The notes under the pieces: model-generated | The model's database searches: none | Seen by the model: only the letters and a program-made list of their open reading frames with translations | What the model was told of the DNA's origin: nothing | NCBI GenBank assembly: GCA_000934665.2 | Contig: KZ538855.1 | Span: forward strand, 1 to 47,921 | Origin: Catajapyx aquilonaris | Lineage: Eukaryota | Reading direction: 5' to 3' | DNA: 47,921 nucleotides | In this document: positions 35,001 to 47,340 of the stretch, piece by piece | How positions within the stretch are numbered: position 1 is the stretch's first letter | Layout of the letters: every line of letters begins with the position of its first letter | Made by a program: the position numbers and the translations under genes

Positions 35001-36734
35001 GTCATACCTCATCATGCACAGGCGTCTTACCTGCATTGGTGCTGGAGCTGCTGTCAAGGGAAGATGGCCCTGAAGAAGAGGCCATTGCTAGCTGCTTGTA
35101 GGCACGGTCACGCTCAGTGGTGATGCGCTTAAGGTCTTTGGTCAACAGCTCTCGATCATGACTCATCAACTAAAATTGATAGAAAATATGTAAATGCAAT
35201 GGTCGTAATAAGGAATGGCCATTCAATATACAAATGCCGAGAGGGATTTGGTTACTTTGGTTTAAGTTTAGAAGGCAGTGCATACTAATGTCAAAATTTG
35301 ATGTAAATTTAGCAATATGGATTGGGTTCAGTTGTGGTTCAATTTCAGTGTATATCAAGTTAGACTCTGGTTCAGCCTATGTTACATAAAGTTAGATCAA
35401 AATTGTAATGTGCTTCAATTATGAACCTGGCTACAATAAGTAGGCCTTTTACTAACTGTACACAAATTAGACAATATCCAACAAATATTACACAGTCACC
35501 TGTATATTAGGCCAAAAATGTGCATCAGACAAGTGCCTACAGCTACTATCCAAGAAACATCTATTACTACTGGACTACTAAGAATACCATGACTACTAAT
35601 CAGTCAGTTGCAAAAATATACTTGACACCTCACCTGACATGTTTTCTCCACAACCCTGGTCATTCACACATTTTTTTCTAAATAAAAGCAATTCCCTGCA
35701 CTTTCAGAAGCACTGACACTAAAAGCTTCAAATAAAACATCTCGCATTGAAAAACTCATTAAATTGAACGTTAACTTCATATATCGAAGCGTCGTCATAA
35801 CTTCACCAAATATGTTGGATGCGAGACTGTCCACTTGCAGCTAGTTAGAACTTGTACGCTGATTGTCATATCTATTGGAAGAATTTGTCAGGTGAATAAT
35901 CACGTAAGCCGAGCCACAAGCAGCTATATGAGTTCATTATATTTCGGATTACTTGTTGCAATTGCATCAATGATACTAGACCGGTTCAAAAATTTTGCGA
36001 ATAAGTGTGGAGTGTACTTTCAAAAATAAACCTAATGGAGTGTACCCTACCGGACAGAAGGATTGACAAGAATTTGATATTTCTACAATCCGACCATTTC
36101 ATCCTATATGGTATGCGCCATGTTATCGAGAAGTAACTTATACCCAGAATGTGCTAATTAACTTAAATCCGGTACCTCCAGTAATGGGCTTGTCATTGGA
36201 CTGACCAGGGCCTGACATCGGAGCTACCTGACTAACCTTAGGACGTCCCTAAGTTGAACTAAAGGTACTTGCAGTCACTAGCACCATGCTGTATGCCAAG
36301 ACACGCTGAATTTCAGTGACTTAGCAACATGAAACTACGAGTACGATCCGTACACTACACAACTTGGATTCGTCGAGTACAATTCTGTTCCTTCAACGTG
36401 CTGCCATAGGCAATAATGACAAATTTCTGTCCAACACCAACAGACAGGCCATGGCAAAATAACTCCTATACTTTGAGTAAAACAGTAATTACGACTTATC
36501 GCACATTTCTAATTGCAGTGTCGCGACTATCCTGCGGCCCTGACTTACCCCGCTGTCCCTCGAGCTGTCCCTTACTTTGAGCTCAGCCCTGAGCAATGCC
36601 ATATTGCTCTGCTGCAGGTCATAGTCGTGGGAAGACGCAGGAGGCCCCAAGTTCGTGGGACTAAACCCATGGACTGCTCCCAGTTTGGACGAGCCCTTCT
36701 CTTGCAAGTGGCGTTCCTCTAATTCTGGGTCCAT
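23044..36734 (-). CDS. Dlg5: Disks large homolog 5 (MAGUK: coiled coil, 4 PDZ, SH3, GUK), ~2,088 aa from ATG 36734; exons 36734-36576, 35169-35031, 34973-34847, 34756-34516, 34451-34287, 34150-33989, 33898-33656, 33542-33358, 33278-33124, 31905-31689, 31562-31427, 31357-31227, 31111-30961, 29961-29836, 29434-29084, 29000-28729, 28645-28257, 28198-27729, 27003-26558, 26353-26212, 26152-26029, 25943-25574, 25372-25211, 25155-25031, 24960-24732, 24666-24377, 23943-23714, 23596-23377, 23153-23044
   Basis: Dlg5 signatures: SKRRRDWAFSERDKIVLERESIRTLCDKLRRERDRAVSDLAEALR (coiled coil); SRDSAIDTD; PDZs (LGFDLSGGKDDP, HGLTLESGIYISKI, EPLGIQI, LGISLVGGNAVGIFIHSV); SH3 (GDGFYVRALFDR...LRFRKDDILFVDNTMFNG); GUK (RPVLIVGPL...HNIYPIVLLIKFKS...QEQRKTLWVP). 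All 28 introns are GT-AG and phase-compatible. The true 5' end is uncertain. Confidence 0.93.
24033..24325. mobile_element. Degenerate pogo/Tigger-like MITE in a Dlg5 intron
   Basis: Left CAGGGAGTCCCCGGTTTACGAAC vs right GTTCGTACACCAGGGACTACCGGTA (imperfect inverted repeats); subterminal CCGACTTA words. Confidence 0.6.
29529..29679. mobile_element. MITE, same family as 11313-11458, in a Dlg5 intron
   Basis: TTAACTCCGCGTTTACGAGCGAGCAATTTGAT ... ATCAAATAGCTTGCATGTAAACGCAGATTAA inverted ends. Confidence 0.65.
32188..32235 (-). CDS. Dlg5: Candidate 48-nt alternative (cassette) exon of Dlg5
   Basis: Long polypyrimidine tract and AG acceptor, CAG|GTGAAT donor, length divisible by 3, open in the phase-1 frame of the flanking exons (adds VMWTIYPSKNTGTGKP). 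Confidence 0.55.
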
Positions 36735-39700
36735 CCCTAAACTGCCTGGAGTGCTGGAGGAACCTGAGAAGACGAGATTGTTGACAATGGCTGCCGGAAC
36801 AGGAAAAGAGAGGTCAGTCATGTCGTTTATTAGTACGGGGTTGAAAACACTGCATAAATGGGTTAGATTTGCATAGGTTGGCAACAATTGAGGGGATCAT
36901 TTGAGAGGATTTGGGGTGCATCACTGTATATGAGCCTTTATCATGCATATTTAAGAGGATTGCGAGTTTTTAATTTGTGAGTAACAACAGGATTTGGATT
37001 ACGCCGCATTTCTCACATAAACCATTGATTGGAACTTTGGTGCAATTAGCCTAACTGTAGCTTCATGCCTGAGTTGAGATGACTGCTCCGATTAATCACA
37101 GGAAATATACCTCGTTGAATCACTTTTGAGTGGCATAATTTCATGGCAAACGTTGAGTTGTAATGTCCTTCCTCATAATTGAGAATCGAGCTCAAAGGCA
37201 AGCAGATTCATACAAACAAACAGACTTGACACCACTGTGCATTTCAATGACAGGGCCGTGTTGTGAAGCCCTGGTATACAAACAGGTTGTTGACAGCACA
37301 GGTTGTGGGTGTGAAAATGACCTCAAGCCACCGTTAGCTCACTCTGGGAGAGAACCGCACTATTTCTAGTGTGCATGTGCGAGTTATCTAATTGTGTATA
37401 CAGGCGACAGAAACCTGGAGTCTCCCTCGGCAACAGTGTGGAAAATGTGAAAGCCACCGGGGCAAGAGCAACAAGGCACCAAGTGCCCCACTTTCTAGTC
37501 CTTGGCTCTTTTTTTTTTAATGTGCCTTCTCTCTCTGTTTCTCTCTGAGATTCTAAAAGTGAAGCAAACAGGCTTTATCTTCGGATTGCCTATTTTTAGG
37601 GAGCCAGTGGGGGGACACATCTTTTTGGTGACTCAATCAGGACAACCCTCCTCAGGGTCGGTTACCCACAAGCCAAAGTCTCATTATGAGAAACAAAGGC
37701 CAAACTTCCGGGGAGGTGAACTATTGATCTACGCAAAAGGTACAGTGCAAAATCAGAATGCTAATGTTGTATTGATTTCAAGCCGAGGGCTTTTAAAATG
37801 TGAGCCCGTCCTTTTCCATGCCACTGTGCACGTTACGCACTTTTAGGATTATAAAAATTATAATCTTTTTATTGTTCATTTTCAGTTGGATATGCCCAGT
37901 GGTTTGTGGTGGTACGGAGTTAATTACTGTAGCTGGTATGAGGCAGGCAACCCTGAACGTTCTATGAAAACCGTCTGGAGGCAAGAGTTGGGGCTACACT
38001 TTCTCTGCTCATGCACCAGTTACTTGGGAGTTGCGGCCACGCAGGCTGGGCAGCAGTCCAGTGGAAGGGGAATACGTAAAAAAATAGAGAGGCAGGGCAA
38101 CATTATATTAAAAAGAGAGAAAGAGAGAAAAAAAAACATCTAGTCCCTTCCTTCAAAAACGCCTTTTCTTTCTTCCCAAGAGTCCGTGCAGAACTGTAAC
38201 CGACTCCAACTTCCACCCTTGTATGCTTCAACTCTTTTACTTGCATCACTTTTTTTTTTCTCGGTTTTGTAACATGTACAGTACCTTCATGGTCGGCTGA
38301 AGCTTCCAATATATGCAATGCATGCAATTACCCAAACGGCTGCATGGTTAATCGCGGAAAAAAGTGCGCTTTTCCCCCCCCTCTCATGGGATGTCCAATA
38401 TTGCAAAAAAAATAAAAAAATGTGAATACAGATTTGGCCAAAATTGAAAAATGTATAAGTAAACAACTACACAGGCTATAGTGCAACTACAAAATGCAAA
38501 GTGGCAACTACAGTTTCCTTTTTTTAAAAATTAGGTTTGTTATTTATGATTTTCCCGAAAATCCCAATGTGATTTACTGCCGGTTGCGAGCTAGAATCTG
38601 AAGAAAATTCAGTGTGCATCTGGAAGCCAAACTCGCTTTCCTGGAGGCAGATTTTCTGTGTGTATATGTAAAAAAAAAAAAAAGGCACAGGTTCCTCCAA
38701 TAAATCAATGTGAATCGCCCAAATTTTTATCCCCTCTCTCTCTCCTGAAAGTCGATGCAAAAAAAAACATCGATTTCTGGTTAACCATGTGTACCATTAT
38801 CCCTCCACCTTTTTTTTGTGTGTGTACTACTGAGGTTGCTGACAGTTCGTTGACACCAGAAGCAAGCTACATTTTTAAATGGGCAAGGTCAACTAAATAG
38901 AAGGACTGTTTTTTAAAAAATTCAACGGTCGCCCATAAAATATTTTCGTACCGAGTTCCTCGTCCCCTGGCGCCATATTAAATCCCTTGTCCCCTCCTAT
39001 TCAAGGCTGACCTTATTGTCCTGCAAATTGTTTTTTTTTTAATGATTTTACGAGTTCTTCCTGTGCAACGACATTCCGTGCATTGAGTATGTACCGCCGA
39101 TGCAACCATGCACTTTTTTTATTATGAAAAAGGGCGGGGCATCACTCGCATCAGCATCCTCCTTACCCCAATGCTTTTAATGACTAATTATTTTTGCACC
39201 ATCACACCAAAAAGGAGCACATAAGAAGGCAGTTTGCCTTGGCCAATTCCCCATTCCCCGAGACTTCCTTGGGAATTGGTGGCTGCAAGTGTGCATTATT
39301 ACACAGTTTTTAGTGCCCTTACTTTGCTGGAAACTGCAGCAGGACGGGGTCAAGCCAACTGGTGCGATCCATACAACAGCAAAAAGGGGAGGCAAAAAGC
39401 CTTGGAAGTTCCCGACCAAAATAATTAGGATAATGCGAGTCAAAATGCAATCTCATCACGTGGGTGGTGCATTGCCAAAAATTCCCACATGCTATAGGAA
39501 TTTATGGATTGCATAATGAATCATGCAAAAAATTTCATTTCAATTCATTATAATCGCACGTGAAAAATTCCAATCTAACATTTAGAGAGAGAGAGAGAAA
39601 AGCTACGTCGCTTTTCCCAACTCTTGTACACAGTACAACAAAATCCGTGTGTCGTTTTACAACACCCGATCAGCAGTGTGTGTCCTTCGGCCCATCCAAT

Positions 39701-40181
39701 CCCATACTCGTCCCCACTGAATTGTGGGGAATCCCCTGCACGATGTTGCTCTTGGGAGATCTTCTCTCGGGCTCACATACATTTGATACGTCGATAATAC
39801 AGAATGAAAGCGGATATAGCTCCCCACAAAGGATGTGCTGTACAGTACCAACAAAGGAAGTGCAGCTATGCCACTCATAACTCATTTAAAAAAAAACTAA
39901 CCTTGGTAAAAGTGAAATGCAATTTGTTTACAAACATGCCACCAATTATGTGACACTAGCAGCGGAGCCCGTTCTTCGAAAGGCCTGTTTCCTTTGTAAA
40001 GTCTGCAAAATTTTAGTCAAAAACGTCAAAAAAAGCAGTTTTCGGTCTTTTCACTCCATCAGCAGCACTTAAACCATCAGTGTGCCAAGTTTCAGCACTC
40101 TCAGAAGTCCGAAAGTGGATTAGGTAGCCTGGACATACAGACAACTTCCTGCTTTATTATGTAAGATGAATTGAATCTAAA

Positions 40182-40649
40182 TACAGTTGAATCCGTTTAT
40201 AACAGCCTCGAAAGGCAAGTCCCAGCAAACGTCCATGAGGCCCTGTGTATTTTTTTATACTCCAGATATAACAGGCTCATTTGCATACCACACCTTGGCT
40301 AAAACACACCCTTTTTTTGGCCAATCGGAGGTAAAATATGCTGTTTTTTGATCATTCAACTTTCTTTCCCATTGTGCAGAAAGGCAGAGAATACTGGATG
40401 GGGGTGATTGTCACATAGTCTGTCACTGATATAAGTTACCCAAAATAATACTTTTTCTGATGTATTTGTCAACAAGGAGACGGCAGAAGAAAATTGCGGA
40501 TTTTTTTCGGTCACGTATAATTTTCAGGTGAGCTAATTGTCCATTTTTGTAAAGCAGAAAACTTTGCATTCGCTGCTAAATTGGCGATTTGGCTATAACA
40601 GACTTTTTCCGCGGTCCATTGAATTCTGTTATATCCGGATTCAACCGTA
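40182..40649. mobile_element. pogo/Tigger-like MITE with TA target-site duplication
   Basis: TA|CAGTTGAATCCGTTTATAACAG ... CTGTTATATCCGGATTCAACCG|TA imperfect TIRs; no coding capacity. Confidence 0.75.
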
Positions 40650-43600
40650 TAGGCTGCGTCCATCTTAAAATTTTCAATCCTCTGTTCCGCAAACTCTGCC
40701 ACTCCAGGGCATTTCCCCAGGCGATAAAAGGCGATAGGAAATAATGGGGAGGCTGTGCAAAACTTTTTACCTTCTTTTAGAGGGGGTTTGGGGGGGGGGG
40801 AGAGAGAGAGAGACTAGAGATGGAGACATCTTGGAGAGGGAATGAAATAAATAAAGAGTGGGAAGTAGCACCAGGGATTCCACCCACGTATGCTCTCTTT
40901 TGCCCCCTACTTCCCTTTCTATTCCACATAACCTCAACCCCCTTTTTTTTTTTTCCTCTTCTTTTTCGTCCTCTCTACTTTGCCCTGACTGCAAAGGGCG
41001 GGCCTGAAAAATTTATCACCCTGGATTGGGTTGTTCGAGGTAGGATTTTCGTCGTTCCGGATATACGGGTCGGGTTATTTCTGCAGCCGAATTTTCGCCA
41101 GGTCCAAGCCTCCCCCCCAAAAAAATATGAATGAATTTCAGGCCAATGTATGTCAATTCCGCAACTAGAGAGAGAGAGAAAAAAAAAACAATTCGGACCG
41201 AACATGACGACACTTTAGGGATCCATTAGCCTTTTTTTTTTCCTCCCTCTCTCCGTGGGTTGGAGGCATACTTGTGCCGTCACAATGAATTATTTCCAGT
41301 GGTGTAATCCGCCGGATGAAAAGCAAGCCTTTCACGCCAAATTGTTCCACTCATGACTGCTGTTAAAGATTCAGAGACACATTTGCAAAATAGCTCTGGC
41401 TGATTGGGGAGAAGGGTTAGCTTTTCGCATTATTGAATCGGGATTTGGGGGGGGGGGGGGGGGAAAAAAAATAAAATCGCGATTTCAAAGAGTGACAAGG
41501 TCTCCCACCCTCTATTCATTTCGCACTGGGGATACGTCCATCAAGCGGTACTAATGTTTCATGTCAAATTATGTCATAAATAAAGCGAAAGCTCCGCTAG
41601 ACGTGAACGGTGCAGGAAAACCAGAGAACTGTTAACTGAACCGTACCTTAGTAAATAACGTAGGAAGTGCATTTCCACCTGAATGTTTTATCCGGCGCAT
41701 TAACTAATAAGGAACTGCGCGGGTAACTCAGTCACTGGAAGTCTGCATCACTGGTACTATCCGGAACAAAAAGTTGCTGACATTCTACAGTAAGATAACT
41801 TCAATGAATAAATACGCAAATAGCAGGTGCAATTTGCACTCCAGTTGGTCCAGATTTCAATATGGCTAAACCCAATAATTAGAGATTAAGCCCTCCGAGT
41901 AGAAGTAATTTGCACTTCTGATGGAAGACTGATGGGGTGCAAACTTCGCCCCTGGACAAATGGACCACCCTGTACATGGTGTTTGACCGAGTCCTGCGAT
42001 TGGTCCGCCACATGTTGTTACCGCGACCCTTCCTATTGGCTCGTGTTCTGCACATGCGCAGTGTGTGGAGGCAGCGCCTCTGACGGGTGGGAGGGGTAAC
42101 ACTACGGTATCCATTCGATCGCTGACTACCGGAGGGTCTACTTCGCTCTCTCCCCACCCTCATGTCAGATTGTCAGTCAGTGAACAGTTCTTTGCAGTAC
42201 CTGTTCTGATAACCGGGCGGTTCGAAGACCAGGGCGATTACCAAATAACAATATGGCATCCACAACGGTAGACCGCAGACCTATAGAAAAATGTGACCGA
42301 AGCAAGAGTTTTTCTAGTTACATTAAATAGTGATTATTCGGGGTAAATGTCTCTTATATTGCTTTATAATTTTATTGAGCGCAAGAACAGAGCAAAGGAA
42401 AGAGTGTCAAATGGGGGTGACCCAGGTGCAAAGTGCAATATCAGAACAGGCCATTTCAAGCGGGTTTAAATTTTCCCAATAATTACGAGCACTATAATGG
42501 GGAATAAATTTTGCCAACCAGGACAGTCCTGTGGGTGCTTACAAAAGCTTATGCCCACCAGCTCTACATGCTGTCAACAGTGTGTATTGAACAGTGATAT
42601 TTTACACCCCTTCGGCCACATTTGGTGGGAACCGATAATGAGCAAATCATTATAATTTTCCCTCTTTCGCGGCCTGAATTAAAAAAATATTCAAGTGACA
42701 TCCTCTTATTGATTAGCTGTGCGAGTTTTAGAAGCAAACTGGGTAGGGAGGAGTCAGTGGTTTTAAAAAATAAAAATAATAAAAAAAGGTCCCAGCTTCC
42801 AGCTTTGGATTTTGACAGAGTTGAAAAGCTGGCAAGTCAAGCTTTGCAAAAAAATTAGCGAATTGCCCCAGGAGTCGCGCTGTTCAAAACCTCGTAAAAG
42901 TGAAAACTCATTATCGGATGTAATCGGTCTGGATTAATTTACATAATGCAAGTAGGGAATGAAACCTGAGATAAGTGATCTTCAGGCTGAACAGTTTTCA
43001 ATCTAATTGCAGTGGGGGTATATCCGTAGGATTCAACAGAAATAGGTTTTACATAAATGATTAGCTTATTACAAGGGATACGTGTAATTAGTAATTACGA
43101 CCTTCGGAATCAGATTTCCTGAGTTAATTATTACACTTTCACTCTGGGCTGCAGTCACACTCCACTTGCGTGTGTGTGAGGGGTGAAAGGTACCACACAT
43201 TGCAGTTTGCAAAATTTTTACCCAATCTTATTGTTTAAAAAAGATTGTAAACAAGAGGTACTATCTGTATGCATTGCAACATGCAATGAGATGTAGAAAA
43301 ATTTAATATCATTTCGTCATTTTACTGTCAGTATTTCAGAAGTCAAAAGCAGCATAAAATTGTGTAACACTCAGAAATTTATGCATATATAATTCATGTC
43401 GTGCCGTAACTTCCAGAAATTTCCCCTGTCATCCGTGCACACCACATGTCTTGGTACGAGATATTTACTTCAGAAGGCATAGACTGCTGAAAAATTATCA
43501 GCATTTCTTGGGCATGTTATGCAAAACAATGAAATTCTTTGCTAATATGCAAAGCATATGTTGCGCTCCAGGCGAATGAACCCTGCTATCTCTCCCTTGC

Positions 43601-45016
43601 CTGCGTAAATCGCAGCAATGTGATTTAGTACACCTCCCTGTGTATAAAACCACAGGCAACCAGTACAACTACCGTCAGCCTTATGGAAATTCTGAATAAA
43701 TATGCAATTATACGTTATTAATGGGCTGTAAATGTTGGGAATATGCAATGATTTGCATGCATTTAATGATTTTCTGCAGCGCTGCATGGGCAAAGCGAAC
43801 TTTGTACACCTGGGCACTATCTAAACAACCAGCAGTAATGAGCCACATCTTTTTAAAAGCCACATATCAGTCTAAAATAACAATACACATACGGCAAGTA
43901 ATATTGAACAATACATTTGGAACAGGAGACTTATTGACGTACATACTTTCTTTTAAAAAGGTGGTAGAGAAGCCCTTATCTATATTGGCAATGTCTGATA
44001 AGTGGGCAACCACGACATGATTTGTTCTCAATAACCACTTACAAAAGGAAGTTATGTCACTAACAGACACTAATGTATATCATGTTAATCCACTTTTAGT
44101 TTGCTGTATACACATTTTGTGATAGATAAAATATATAATTTTTGTGATTATGGTTATCTTTGGATAATTCTGATACAGCATGGGGGATTTTTTTTAAAGG
44201 GCTCTAATAGTGGAATATATGCATTTTTAACAATTCTGCAGGAGAATCAAACATGCAAATACTTAGTTTAATGCAGGTGGAAGCGAGCCACCTGCACTTG
44301 CTTCAAGCTTGGAAATTAATTGTGCATATTTTGACATTTACATTTGCATAAGATGCAAAGAGAAGCTAACTGAAAAAGTCTGAGTGGAAGAGTAAAGTTG
44401 CCTGAATGTCACCAAATGTGACATACACCAGCATCCAAGTGCAGTGTGGTCATCATGATGTGTATGCTCAACTTGGCAATTAGCCAGAGTCTTACTACAT
44501 GTCATTATGAGCATGTCTGTTCCTCTACTGTAGTGTATCTGCATCTATAGGTATTCCGTGGTAATTCAGTGATACGTACTGGACAATCCATGAACGCATG
44601 GGTAACTAACTATCAAACATAGTGAAACCCATCTGGAGTAAAGTTGCTCAATTCTGTTAAAGTCGTTTGTACCGAACATGTTTCCATTACGTGCGGATAG
44701 TTCATTGAAATCCTATCGTTTGGAAAAGGTAAGTTTACGCTCCATCTAATGTCTGTCACTGGCAGGTTTAACAGTAGCAGACTGGAGTCTATCCAACCAA
44801 CTTGTGACAGTCCTCTTCAAACATGCCCTTTCATGTGCAAGTCTACGCTAACCTACAGTATGCTTTCCCTTCAATTAATAATGGACGACAATACTGTATC
44901 TACATCCAAATACATTGCGACAGGTATCACACGACTGCGGTACAAACTTCATTAGACGGTAAGACATAGCTTGTCGTTGCTGGTTAGTTATCAGCAAGCG
45001 CAATCCAGTCTCACTG

Positions 45017-45745
45017 GGTACGGTGCAATTGCTTCAGCCTTACAGACCGAATTGGCACATCCCTGTACAGTACCAACTGTACTTCTGATAGCCAAATAGC
45101 CACAGTCGCTTTGGCTCCTTCCTAATAAACCTAAATTGTACTAACAGTAAGCACTGCTCATTGTGCATCTTCCTACACTTTCACTAATGTAATAATGGCA
45201 ATAATATAATACTGGCAATACACCAACAGCATGAAACTGGCTACATCGTTGACAATTGCTCACTTTTCTCTAATTGCACTTTCACCTCAATTTACCTGCT
45301 GGCAACCATGCTCAAGTACATGTCATCACGGTTTGAATGCTACTCATGCTAAGTACACCTGTCATTTGGATTCATCTTACTAGGTACAGTGCAATCGCTT
45401 CAGTCTTACAGAGGGGATTCTCCGGGGTGTTCCAACTCGGAGGATCCTTATTACCATACTAACAGTAAGACCGAGAGGCACTGCTTGCTGTACTGTACTT
45501 ACGCATCTTGTTTCTACACTTTTCACTAATGGCAATTGGCTAGTGTTGACATTGCTCATTGTGACGTCAGTGTTATACGAACACATTATCTCATTATTTT
45601 TTATTTTTTTTGTATTTTCTCTCTAATTACATTATACACTTTTTTCACTATCCATTGCCTATTGGCAACCCTGCTCCCAAAATGCAAGTACGGGTTCGAA
45701 ATGTCAATTTTGTTCTCAATGCGCTAAGTGCACCTGTCATTTTTT
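45017..45745. repeat. Diverged two-copy tandem duplication, ~365-bp unit (45017-45370, 45382-45745)
   Basis: Collinear shared blocks GGTAC.GTGCAAT.GCTTCAG.CTTACAGA, TACTAACAGTAAG, CTACACTTT.CACTAATG, GTTGACA.TTGCTCA, TGGCAACC.TGCTC, GCTAAGT.CACCTGTCATTT. Confidence 0.8.
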
Positions 45746-46655
45746 AGGAACGTGTGTGTCTCGGGGGAGGATTATTTCGAACGAAAGAAAAAAGCTCACC
45801 CGAAAGGAAAGGTGGCAGGTCCTTCCTCTCCGCCATCTTGCAGGCTGCCCTTTTCCTCTCCAGACCAACACACCGGGGGCGGGCTTCACCCTGTGCCCCT
45901 TTTTGGCAAAAACTTACGGCGCCATCACTCGCCCCTGGGCCAGCACCCGTCTCACTACAAAACACAACACAAATCAAGAGACCCTTTCCACCCCAACCTA
46001 GAAAATGTACTTAGCCCCTCCCCTTTTTTTTTACGTTCCACCTTCCCCACCCTCCCTGCTACCCCAACTTCCGCACTTTTTTATATAAAAGTTGTGCAAA
46101 TTACCCGTATTTTTGACTACCCAGTACCCACAAAAATTTCGGGTCCTGGGTACGGCCTGGGTAGCAACAGTGTCTGCGCGACCCCACCTGGACACTCACT
46201 ACTTACTAACTAACAGGAGGAGGTCAGTCGCTTCTTCCCGCCGTCGGAGGTCACCAGCTGTGCAATCCAGTCATTGCAGGCTTGGAAATAAGGTCAATCT
46301 CTCCCTCTCTCCGATGGATGGGGAAGAGGGGCCAAAAAAGAGTGTGTGTGTGTCTCTCTCGCACCCCCACGGTTTGTGCTGAAAGTGGACTGATTGCACT
46401 GCCAGCCGGGTAGGAAGTGTAGAGGCACGTATAGTAGAGTAGAGGAAGGAAAGGGGAGCACTCTTTTCAGCCACCATTGATTATTACGAGTGCTAATGGC
46501 CACTTCTGGAATGGGGGGCAAATGGACGGTGTTATGCAATAATGAGTCAACCCACATGAGAACAGTTTTTGAGAAAAAGGGCTTTAAGCGTCATACCTTT
46601 GATTTTAACTGAATTAAATAGGATCCTTTAGCCAAGGGGGTAACCACTTCCACTT

Positions 46656-46755
46656 CGGTACTCCGGTGTACACCTGCGACGAGTGGTACTCCCAGGTACT
46701 CCTCACTCTGTATTACTCCTTGGTACTCCTTTAATTTGGTACTCCAGTGTACACT
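46656..46755. repeat. GGTACTCC short-period repeat array (dispersed repeat family)
   Basis: About six GGTACTCC/TTACTCC words; homologous in inverted orientation to 3880-3931. Confidence 0.7.
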
Positions 46756-46933
46756 TCTCAGTCGAGTGATTAGGGCCTACCCCCTTGCCTTTAGCTATAT
46801 GTTCATGGGGTTAGGTCAATCTTGACTTTTTTTGTGGGTTGACCCATTATTGCATAACGCCATCCAAATCATACATCGTATGTTGTAGTGGACATCAGCT
46901 CTCAGTATATGCATGCAGGCTGTCATGATGACA

Positions 46934-46935
<2 letters not shown>

Positions 46936-46988
<53 letters not shown>

Positions 46989-47175
46989 ATGATGATGATG
47001 ATGATGATGATATGTTCATTAGGCCTACATCATGTCACTCATCCCACATTGGGTAGCCAGCAACAATTTCTAATGAAAATAACTAATACTAATATAACAA
47101 TAACTTCTAATGAAAATAACTAATAATAACATTGATTATTATTCCTAATAAAATTGCTGTAATAGCTATTTAAAT

Positions 47176-47219
<44 letters not shown>

Positions 47220-47340
47220 CATCATCATCATCATCATTCCATTACACACGGCACTCATCCCATTATTGGAGTAGCCAGCGAAAATTTCAAATGAAGATTA
47301 CTAATAACAATGATTAAATTAGACGTAATAAAAATAGCTG
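46936..47340. repeat. (TGC)n, (GAT)n and (CAT)n microsatellites within a ~210-bp diverged tandem duplication
   Basis: (TGC)n 46936-46985, (GAT)n 46988-47011, (GAT)n(CAT)n 47176-47236; shared block CACTCATCCCA...GTAGCCAGC.A.AATTTC.AATGAA.AT.ACTAATA near 47035 and 47252. Confidence 0.85.

Noticed and set aside
23310..36876. Numerous + strand ORFs over Dlg5 and - strand ORFs over the F-box and membrane genes
   Set aside because: Antisense or shadow frames of real coding exons, with no independent gene signals.
42910..43140. Cluster of TAAT/ATTA words suggesting a homeodomain-bound enhancer
   Set aside because: Such 4-mers are expected often in AT-rich DNA; cannot be supported without conservation or chromatin data.
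37163..46557. Short ORFs (60-161 aa) in the region upstream of Dlg5
   Set aside because: Low-complexity, homopolymer-driven composition, no domains and no consistent splice chain; no transposase or reverse transcriptase motifs seen.
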